From: a bacterium UBP8_UBA817
GTDB lineage: Bacteria > Margulisbacteria > Marinamargulisbacteria > SXXA01 > SICP01
NCBI GenBank assembly: GCA_945898045.1
Contig: CAMDGG010000006.1
Coordinates: 5,393-69,392, forward strand
Direction of reading: 5' to 3'
DNA length: 64,000 nucleotides
Position numbers and translations under genes: made by a program. The notes under the pieces were generated by a model, which was not told the DNA's origin, searched no databases, and saw nothing but the letters and a program-made list of their open reading frames with translations. Shown one piece after another: positions 19,201 through 25,500 of the stretch. Numbering within the stretch: position 1 is the first letter of the stretch; each line of letters opens with the position of its first letter.

Positions 19201-20598
19201 GCACTACAACACACAGATCTCAACAACAATTCAACAAGTTACAACGTACTGAGTTTTAGCACCGGACTTGTGGCAAGAAGACCCAATATCGACAGTCCCC
19301 TCAACACAACTAAATTATTACAAAATGCCTTTAAGTTTACTGGCAGCATGGGTATCGACGTCCAAAAAGCAGATATACCCTTACAAAACACCTCATTGAC
19401 CGTCAGTGGCAATATTAGAATTGGCACGATTCATAATACCTTCAGCGTAGAACCTGTTGCAGTTGGACCCAGCCTTCGATTCTCAGGAGGCTATCTTGTC
19501 AGCGACACAGCGCTCAATAGTGACAATAAAGAAGCCTTTTCAATCCTCCGCAACAATATCGAAGATGGCATCTCTCAATTTCGCATTACAGTCGGTGCAG
19601 AAAGTACCAACCCAAATGCGCTATTCACTGTTGGGTACAATACAAAAGGACGCATTACAGAATTTAGTGGCGGTACTTGGAAAAATGTACTCAATGTGCT
19701 CGCGACAAAAAATGGAACAACCCCTGTTGGACGCGTTGGTATAGGCACAACAGCACCACGGGCTACACTACATATTGTCGGAACTGGCAATTTTAACGAG
19801 CTTACCGCTAACCCCACTACTATCGCCCAGACAGCCTTAGTTCTATTCGAAAACCAATCCTCTTCAGGCGCACAAACATTGGCCATCAAAAACAATACAG
19901 ACTCCGCACTAACTACAGAAGCAAACTTCATTACCTTCCTAAGTTCGACGACCAATATCAGCACAACATCTACGCTTGGATCTATCGAAGGCAATGCTAG
20001 CGGTGGCGTCCAATTCACATCACCAGAGGGTGACTACGCAGAGTACATGCCCAAAGAAAATCCTGAAGAAAAATTCGCACCAGGAACAGTAGTCGGCATC
20101 CACAAAGGAACTGTCAGTAAAAAGACCCACGGGGCAGATCAAATCATGGTTATCAGTTCCTCCCCAATTATCATAGGAAATGCAACAAAAGAAACACAAA
20201 AGAATCACGCCCTAGTCGCCTTCTTAGGACAAGTCCCCATCAACGTTACAGGTGCCGTACAGGCAGGCGACATTCTCATTGCATCCGGTCAAAACGACGG
20301 TTTAGCCATTGGTGTTCCTGCGGACAAAATCACAGCCTCTCAAATCGATCTTATTCTAGGCCGCGCTTGGGAAAGTACCCACAAAGAAAATTCTAAATCT
20401 ATAAAAGCAGCCATCGGTTTTTCTTACGGATTACAAATTTTTGGCAAACAACTCTCTAGTATCAAAACAATGGCATCTAGTGTGCAAGAGCTACAAAAAG
20501 AACTCGACCAAAAACAAAAATACTATTTAGACATCCTTGAAAAACGTCAAAACAAGATCCAACTTCTCAAAGAAAAAACAGGGATGGTCACGCCATGA
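10237..20598 (+). CDS. giant secreted fibre/adhesin-like repeat protein, tail-fibre-like (paralog A, 3453 aa)
   Basis: Uninterrupted 10.4-kb ORF with a GTG start a few nt after GAGGA. Signal peptide MKRKLLLALLTWFTLFATAEFA. About 30 copies of GNVGIGTxxPxxxLxVxG. A YadA-head-like GxxNxAxG segment. The C-terminal GDYAEY domain and terminal coiled coil are both conserved in the second giant ORF. Confidence 0.85.
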   Translation: MKRKLLLALLTWFTLFATAEFAQVTFTFQGSLIRADKTFVNGTYNNVKVGVYSGADQNVSPVWSELQNGVVFETGRFSILVGNTDPINNPLKIETLNINSPYLGLTINGSEFFIPFTSTPYSLRTKVAEKTNAVSAQYIVGTFTKPVTIKSTLTITSDNITLLKTTPLKQVGIGKDNPLTKIVNGKTVADATLDVNGPVNSQTGFKINGVDIASTLSWKQNKIVTKNIYYASGNVGIGLQNPSYALDVQGTLNATQILLKGKRLSAGLDWQPQTNATQNLYFKKIEDNRVGIGRVDPQQSLDVNGSLAVSSNTTDQTAPLNGMIRMSPTNNEIQGFRNNRWIQLTGLRGQGQKNQISFYTNQFALSGYTPFAWRSQTNMLGIGIAIPQAQLHLLKTEPLAPSLYIGTNTNQALLVVTANGNVGIGTATPNQKLVVKGTLDAEELTVNGLNLSLAVSNSSVWILNKQSSLFYKLGNIGIGKIDPKSPLTIAQRINHPDEDPALTFRQSNGNSYTMGISSKSPGIFRVERGDKLNTSTPLFVMKDTSFGVGLTDPLAILHVSGNEGAAFNGKFFGVVNETFPEVDSAGKPILPQVVQEGAGTRFIWHPLRAVLRAGTVTGNQWDNINLGKFSISFGLNNTASGNFTTILGGQNNLATGAYATILGGQNNQALGDFSLAGGYQAKALHHGSFVWGDRLGQALRTNAPNQFLIKASNGIGFGTNQTSTDGNKSTLTIKKPTPSGNIFQIVGRNLTTDIFQISTSGNAMIGSKAKTTAGLSVIGKTQFGKKLVTPTINSFLTISSEHPTQAIWVSNSDGDIVTTPNFILTSSGNMGSNIIPLASVITQFKNGTIQIGKGGILGDSYELPDGTKIGTQAIEVWGIDSPPNLYFTTGNVGIGTTRPTSLLTISNVASKLFQSPKNPAITFSKNTTSYTLGIENNSPDIFKIVSGYDLIQSPKIAFKYLDNSIGRMGIGTENPRAVFHVNNAAILGKTISIATSNNDTRYNLIAGSASFRPLFLNKQFTSASGTPWTTTRNASLYFTNGKIGIGTTRPSTDISIAGSINATSVRIKDAFIVKETTTLTRLDFLNDNGLPLRLGVSASKLRLGDLSISDILSRGTNTAQTKGPVVLWQSANVLGDTQLIWASDAAHPDQSGTLTATKNVRIPTTLTKPNSFQQTTLVQVGSANITNALNISSDLTHNGNISNSESHSSQKITLNLGPGDWDENNNFTGIDIKIVNKANASGATNFTTQSQAIGLNIDVSKVKTQQTGEPGFNFAAIFNGNVGINKFPSPTTPTRAILDVKGIVEADSFIISKRLSITTLNITGDVLTVKQTRPITIGLPKPTSPTYDLLIQGTVEATNGSIGLLETKTLNTAQNALLVNQAGQIGLGTTSPEADFHIKKLFTTTTDKDYFAKISHSTIDIPISPKKLTTNFTGFDIALNTKTNNKIGQPQTPQTATGLSINLNNMASNANGTIIGISSKTNKTQSKAKSALFLGGNVGIGVTNPTSTLAIVGTIRAKAVDNTNLLTQQEAASFNRLVVTDSANFKGPVTANTLYATSIITKTDQLTINDSITLPTIALTITGTPGLLTSKALSITANTTANALTLIGKLTGTSATFNNLILTNSLTTATLNISRLQQNDTIELNAAQANFNSHTIVANGIVGIGITNATEPLSIASTKKTATILRVQNLSDIKTTAAGILLVPDIKTDQNTGSGIVAIKVSDTGSAARGSDLAFITDPINGTQSERARLTQAGNFIIGTRNASSKLYVHQTSVIQNTATFNTKVTTKALTSASDISIKKTTIFNNGAEIHALLTQKPILIKLTTLGSVTSGTSALSPSSSGKLIYKTILDDNSVVASDITSLVTGSVGRLPYYTSSHKLTDTSSLTWVTQNISSIPYSTLVIGKVSSASMAIVATLNNTLIGSPTAEDIQLTFKDRTSDISTYGGRKFYGLQIIASRNTNASVAPGETTRGLYVDLSSLKAESTNFQGDGAILKGTKYVALFKGGNVGIETTSPNATLQIQPKDNIDSFQIDTKTQAGTVITKALMVNISGNSGIGATSNAKLTLKLLNTTSSETAVLITDSSKNPLFTIKNNNKIGIGTAALSTEFNIADPIKAKTHTVQTLLANTLTINTDKLVVQSNGNVGISNTNPQAQLHLIQKLTQQPPANFIMENLGLTIGSTPLRKTLTGLSLTITSNAYNLLGLDGIPNKGTGIKFSAPSLALSTTSTLVGINVNVPKGTSSNSTVIRGGNVGIGITNPSATLHIAGTLRVSGNILQTKPGNLSIPGVTANKLASTGTNSFNTVKVLSPFKKVVVTDKLVTNRSSVSLLQKAPTTNVILLTSNSIARFQKAATGTTNIPQKSVFNIASQLPTQTAMTLQKGTAIVTNMATLPVSRGLATLQYDSTLDVTPVPALIIGTSLTPNALVISNTGQASIGTASSLAKLTVIEGSSRSTAKALSIINTSGTPLLSVMNDTNVGLGTKSPQAIVHIVGQSTQSTLLKLASSTSANILTMIGNGAIGIGTTAPDSALQVQGTFKISSAPTPNLISVSNAGNVGFGKDANANYPLNLDNNMRLGNSTDGTLPNYLTNQSRKNRGFITQTGSDHTFFGLRETVTGNSNYAPVVYWGSSDTDALTFETSAGLEAARLINKSMSIGGITPSATLHISNINNRTAPLLTLKTAKFPNMLTITANGSIGIGTAPTINADVFVSGSVFAKGLKQPPGGTELTAPTINIVNSTTTYSSFSVSSNILSDLAQTAERITLQLDKDSTGTLIGKSITLLSSVTQTNVGDLATTQRGLRVDISNLFIDKNPAFGVNTAQKFAATFKGGNVGVGTKTPKTWFEVTTSKNAPGNIASFRATPNIVPGGINIKQADLTFTSYPTVNISGQKLSVPTDSFKTIAYTLPNGQLFNGGSTFYVTDDIAKAIMIKLKGGATPIIDSVTRNVNQTTKTTLKSAITNYSTNGYFVDYITTQNVLSVLLPFIEKHTIALQHTDLNNNSTSYNVLSFSTGLVARRPNIDSPLNTTKLLQNAFKFTGSMGIDVQKADIPLQNTSLTVSGNIRIGTIHNTFSVEPVAVGPSLRFSGGYLVSDTALNSDNKEAFSILRNNIEDGISQFRITVGAESTNPNALFTVGYNTKGRITEFSGGTWKNVLNVLATKNGTTPVGRVGIGTTAPRATLHIVGTGNFNELTANPTTIAQTALVLFENQSSSGAQTLAIKNNTDSALTTEANFITFLSSTTNISTTSTLGSIEGNASGGVQFTSPEGDYAEYMPKENPEEKFAPGTVVGIHKGTVSKKTHGADQIMVISSSPIIIGNATKETQKNHALVAFLGQVPINVTGAVQAGDILIASGQNDGLAIGVPADKITASQIDLILGRAWESTHKENSKSIKAAIGFSYGLQIFGKQLSSIKTMASSVQELQKELDQKQKYYLDILEKRQNKIQLLKEKTGMVTP
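10741..19782 (+). repeat. array of ~30 degenerate in-frame G-(N/K/R)-(V/I)-G-I-G-T-x-x-P-x-x-x-L-x-V-x-G motifs with a ~2.1-2.5 kb super-repeat
   Basis: Examples are GNVGIGLQNPSYALDVQG, GNVGIGTATPNQKLVVKG, GNVGIGTTRPTSLLTIS, GNVGIGVTNPTSTLAIVG, GNVGIGITNPSATLHIAG and GRVGIGTTAPRATLHIVG. The larger module GL-x-V-D-x-S...(K)(Y/F)AA-x-F-x-GG-x-VGIGT recurs near 13981, 16145 and 18620. Confidence 0.85.
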
Positions 20599-21122
20599 AC
20601 GAAAAGCATCTCCATTCCGAACAGATTTATAACGGCCGCATCCTAAATCTCAGAAAAGATACGGTGCTGCTTACCAATGGAAAACAAGCCACCAGAGAAA
20701 TCATTGAACACGACCCCGCAGTCGTTATCATCGCCTACGATACAAATAAAACAATTCGGCTCGTCAAACAATACCGAACTCCAGTACAAAAAGTTCTACT
20801 CGAAGCCCCTGCCGGAATAATTAATAAAGGTGAACGTCCTCTCAACGCAGCCAAACGAGAATTACAAGAAGAAACAGGACTCACAGCAACACACTGGACG
20901 CCCTTAGGCGAAGCCTACCCTGCCCCAGGATTTTGTAATGAATACCTCTATTTTTTTCTTGCCCAAGACCTCCAACAAGGCCCCACAAATCCAGATGAAG
21001 ATGAATTCTTAGAACAAGTTTCACTGTCAATGGCAAAATACCAACACCACATCCAAACAAAACAAATTATCGATGCCAAAACAATCCTGTCTTTTTTTTA
21101 CATAAAGGAACTTGGATTATGA
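20595..21122 (+). CDS. NUDIX hydrolase (ADP-ribose pyrophosphatase-like)
   Basis: Nudix box GIINKGERPLNAAKRELQEETGL (Gx5Ex7REUxEExGU). The ATGA start overlaps the stop of the giant ORF. Confidence 0.85.
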   Translation: MNEKHLHSEQIYNGRILNLRKDTVLLTNGKQATREIIEHDPAVVIIAYDTNKTIRLVKQYRTPVQKVLLEAPAGIINKGERPLNAAKRELQEETGLTATHWTPLGEAYPAPGFCNEYLYFFLAQDLQQGPTNPDEDEFLEQVSLSMAKYQHHIQTKQIIDAKTILSFFYIKELGL

Positions 21123-21988
21123 AAAACCACATGCCCGCATTTTTCCACTACCTCTCCTATGAAAAAAGAGTCTCTCCAAACACTATCACTGCATACAGAC
21201 AAGACCTCACGCAGTTTTTCGAACAACACACAGACCTTACAGGTGATACCATTTCACAATTTGTCACAGAACTAACACAACAAGGCTACAAAAATGCATC
21301 TGTTACACGCAAAACCTCTTCACTCAAAACATTTACTACTTTTCTTTATCGAGAAAAATACATATCCACCCACCCCATCGCCCTTTTAACACGTCCAAAA
21401 CGTGAAAAACGTCTCCCGACCACACTAAATTCATACGAAATTAATGAGCTGCTACATACAGCGGCAGATCATACTAAAACCCCACTGAGAGACATTGCAT
21501 TAGTCGAAATACTCTATGGCTGTGGACTCAGAATTACAGAATGCCTCAACATCAAATTAACAGACATCAATCACCATCAACAAACTTTACTCGTGACAGG
21601 GAAAGGACAAAAACAACGTCGTCTTCCTATTGGCACCAAAGCCCATGAAGCCCTTGTCTCTTATATCAAAAAAGAACGACCCTTATTAGAAAAAACAAAC
21701 ACGACAGACTTTCTTTTTATCACCCGATCTGGAAAACGATTGTCACGGCAAAACAGCTTTAGCCGCATCAAAGCACTCGCCAAACAGGCCTCACTAACAA
21801 AAAAAATGAGTCCTCATACCCTAAGACATACCTACGCAACCCATTTGCTAGACGGCAACGCAACGCTGCTAGAAGTACAAGCACTCCTCGGCCATAGCAA
21901 TATCACCACCACACAACTCTATACCAAAGTTTCTACAAAACGACTCAAAGAACGCTATTATCAAGCACATCCGAGGGCTGTCGCATGA
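21119..21988 (+). CDS. xerD: tyrosine site-specific recombinase, XerC/XerD type
   Basis: N-terminal SAM-like domain (FFHYLSYEKRVSPNTITAYRQDL). Catalytic region LRITECLNIK...GKGQKQRRLPIG...HTLRHTYATHLLDGNATLLEVQALLGHSNITTTQLYT (R..HxxR..H..Y). Confidence 0.85.
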   Translation: MKNHMPAFFHYLSYEKRVSPNTITAYRQDLTQFFEQHTDLTGDTISQFVTELTQQGYKNASVTRKTSSLKTFTTFLYREKYISTHPIALLTRPKREKRLPTTLNSYEINELLHTAADHTKTPLRDIALVEILYGCGLRITECLNIKLTDINHHQQTLLVTGKGQKQRRLPIGTKAHEALVSYIKKERPLLEKTNTTDFLFITRSGKRLSRQNSFSRIKALAKQASLTKKMSPHTLRHTYATHLLDGNATLLEVQALLGHSNITTTQLYTKVSTKRLKERYYQAHPRAVA

Positions 21989-22578
21989 CCATAGCCATTA
22001 GCATTCTATCTCTATTAATCGCCGTTATCTTCCATGAAGTTGCACATGGGTATGTGGCCTATCGCTTCGGAGATCCTACGGCCAAACTTCAAGGCCGAAT
22101 TAGTCTCAATCCACTAGTCCATATTGACTGGCTAGGTTCTATTATCTTACCTGGCATTCTTATTCTTTCAGGAGCCCCCTTCCTCATTGGATGGGCAAAA
22201 CCAGTGCCCATCAACCCCAATTATTTTCAAAACCCCCTTCGAGACATGATGTGGGTAGCCATCGCAGGTCCACTCACCAACATCACGATAGCCCTCATTG
22301 CAAGCACCCTTTTAAAATTCCATCTCAATAGTGTTTTCGACTATTTTTTAGCCGTATCAATAAGCATTAACATCGTACTGGCACTCTTCAACCTTTTTCC
22401 AATCCCGCCACTCGATGGATCCCGCATATTAATGTACATAGCGCCAAAATCTCTCCAACAGTTTTTAACATCCATAGAGCCTTACGGGCTCGTTATTCTA
22501 TTTTTTCTAGTCTATCTCAACGTCTTTGAGAAGATCTTGCCGTTTCTGATTCACCCCATATTGGAGGCACTATTATGA
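21985..22578 (+). CDS. site-2 protease family (M50) intramembrane metalloprotease, short form
   Basis: HEVAHGYVA zinc motif, multiple TM helices, and a NLFPIPPLDGSR motif. Confidence 0.8.
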   Translation: MTIAISILSLLIAVIFHEVAHGYVAYRFGDPTAKLQGRISLNPLVHIDWLGSIILPGILILSGAPFLIGWAKPVPINPNYFQNPLRDMMWVAIAGPLTNITIALIASTLLKFHLNSVFDYFLAVSISINIVLALFNLFPIPPLDGSRILMYIAPKSLQQFLTSIEPYGLVILFFLVYLNVFEKILPFLIHPILEALL

Positions 22579-25500
22579 AATGCAAGTTTTTCCAGAAAAG
22601 ACTCGATATGAAAAATAAGAAAATCAAAAAAAATAAGGGTATAATTGTGAAAACACTAATGAAAACAAAAACGTTAATCACCCAAGCCCACCTATGGATA
22701 AGCATCCTCTTCCTAGGGTTACTCACAACCGTAAGCTTTGCTGATACGCCAATGGTTTTAACCTTCCAGGCAACCCTAGCTACACAACAAGGGGGACTTG
22801 TACAAGGTAGAAACAAAGTAACCGTAGGGATATACCCAGGAAATTCAACTGTTGCCACATGGCTTGAACCTCACGAGAATGTACTCTTCATAAATGGCAG
22901 CTGTAGTATTATCCTCGGAAACATACAGCCACTCACAGCAGACCATCTCAATATTACAAATCCGCGCTTCGGCCTCCAAGTAGGCAATAATTCTCAAATT
23001 GCCTACTTTCCTGTTCCTGCCACACCTTATTCTATCCAAGCTAAGGTAGCAGACTCTGCATTGGCCGTTTCAGCCAATAATATTTCAGGCACCTTCACAA
23101 ATCCTGTTAGGATAAATGCAAATCTATCTGTAGGAGATACGACATTATATGCCAATCCAACATCAGGAAAAGTAGGGATTGGAACCACCGCCCCAACCTA
23201 TAAGCTAGACGTTGCGGGAATTATCAATGCGACAGGATTCAAAATCAATGGCACCGACTTAGAATCATCCTTATCATGGCAAAAAAATGCCAATAGCGGC
23301 CTATATTATACCCAAGGAAATGTAGGTATAGCCACACAAAATCCAAAGTCGCTTTTAGAAGTTGCAGGAACAATCAATGCGCAAGAAATACGTATAAAAG
23401 GCGTTGAACTTGCAACCCTACTTGCCACACAACTTGCATGGCGTGAAGGAGCTAGGCCTAAAGACATTTATTTTAATGACGGTACCCAAGAAGGTAATGT
23501 AGGTATTGGCACCTCCCAACCTCGCACAAAATTAGATGTTGCAGGCGCTATTCGTGTAGGAGAAGCCCAAAGCAATGCATTGGGAAGTATTCAATACAAA
23601 AACAATGATTTTCAAGGATTTACAAGAACAGGATGGACTTCTTTTGCATCTTTAACTGGCATTGGCTCAGCCAATCAAATTCCTTTCTGGACAAATTCTA
23701 CAGAACTCACCGGAAGTAATAACTTAGTCTGGGATCGCACAAGAAATAGATTAGGCATAGGAACAAGTAATCCCACTGCACAACTAAGCATGACTGCAAT
23801 TGACGCCAATCGCGCACTCGTACGCATCGACAGCTCATTAGGTAAATCTTTATTTTATGTAGGAAGTCAAAATATAGGAATTGGCACATCAACCCCCAAT
23901 AGTAAATTGTCCGTAAAAGGAGTCGTTGATGCGGAGGCCTTTTTAGTTAAAGGCGTTCCTATAGCACAAGCCTTATCTTCAAGCTCATTTTGGATTTTCC
24001 AAAATGACGGCCGTATCTACTATGACAGAGGTAACGTAGGAATCGGAACAACTAATCCTAAAAATCTTTTAGAATTAGCAGCATCCCCCTCACACGACCC
24101 AATTATCACCTTTGATATTGCAAGCACGCCAGCTTTTAGTTTAGGGATATCAGAACTCAATCCTGACGCCTTCATTTTAGGCAAAGGCGGAGATCTTAAA
24201 AACCCTATCTTTGTTTTTAATGGCAATAAAATTGGTGTAGGTCTAACCAATCCAAGCGCAAATTTACACGTCAGTGGAAACAATGGCGTTCTGTTTACAG
24301 GGAATTTAAACAATGGTGTCCCATTAGGCATCAAAGGGGAAGGCACACGTCTTGTTTGGCATCCCGGAAAAGCAGCATTTAGAGCGGGTTACGTACAAAG
24401 AAAACAATGGGACGACGAAAATATTGGTTTATATTCAGTCGCAATGGGATACAACCCTTCCGCCAATGGGCTTGCCTCCGTAGCAGCAGGTGGATATGAA
24501 AGTGATGCCGCTGGAAATTACGCAGTCGTTGCAGGCGGCTTTCAAAATAAAGCCAAAGGAATACATAGCTTTGCAGCAGGACACCAAGCTCAGGCCCTCC
24601 ATTCTGGAGCCTTTGTCTGGAGCGATTATTCCCCAACAGCTTCAGAAACCAGTTTTAAATCTATCGCTTCTAACCAATTTGTACTACGGGCGTCAAATGG
24701 TGTTGGTATTGGCACAAACCTAACAGCAGGAAATGGACTTACCGTAGCATCAGATCTTAATGATACTTACATCATAAATGCTCTTAAACCAAATGGCACA
24801 AGCGCCATGATCGTCAATGTATCCGGAAATGTTGGGTTGGGAACAACTGAACCAGGGATTTCGAGGCTTGCTGTCATGAACGGAAAAGTTGGCATTGGAA
24901 CAACGACCCCAATCGCTCAATTAACTGTCTCAGGAAATACTCCCGAAGGATTTCTATTCGTTGCCTATAAAAACAATGGTCAACCCGGCTTATTTATAAA
25001 AAATGATGGAAAAATCGGTCTCGGAAAACCTCTAAGCTATGTCTTTCCAGACGATGTCTACTTGGCCATTTCAGGTGCCGTAGTAGGGAATGCATTTGCA
25101 ATCCAAAACCCCAACGGAAGTACAACCCCAATAGAAAGTAACCCTGGATCACCTTGGGCAATCCCCTCTGAAAATCTTAGTAGCACGTTCTTTAATAAAG
25201 GCTTTGTAGGAATAGGAACCCGAGCACCCGCAAGTCTATTAGAGTTATCTAACGCAGCCTCAGCAACTCGAAATCCAGTCATAACATTCGACACAGATGG
25301 CGTAAAACGATTTAGTTTAGGCACCACTGCCAATGTCTTTACCATTCAAAAGGGCGGCAATATCAATAGTAAAAACCCGCTTTTCGCGCTCACAGATAAT
25401 GGCAGTGGTGGCGGCGGTCTTGGCATTGGAATTGGCTACAAAACACCTAGCGCGTCCTTACATGTCAGTGGCAATTCTATGTTTACAAGTAAAGTCGTTA

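Noticed and set aside
20595-21988. The XerC/D-type recombinase as the integrase of a mobile element carrying the giants.
   Set aside because: The protein has the compact XerC/D length and N-terminal domain rather than a phage-integrase arm-binding domain. There is no adjacent tRNA, excisionase or flanking direct repeat. It is kept only as a low-weight alternative in the findings.
22517-22858. Minus-strand 113-aa ORF spanning the M50/giant-B junction.
   Set aside because: It is antisense to two well-supported plus-strand genes joined by an ATGA overlap, and it has no recognisable features.
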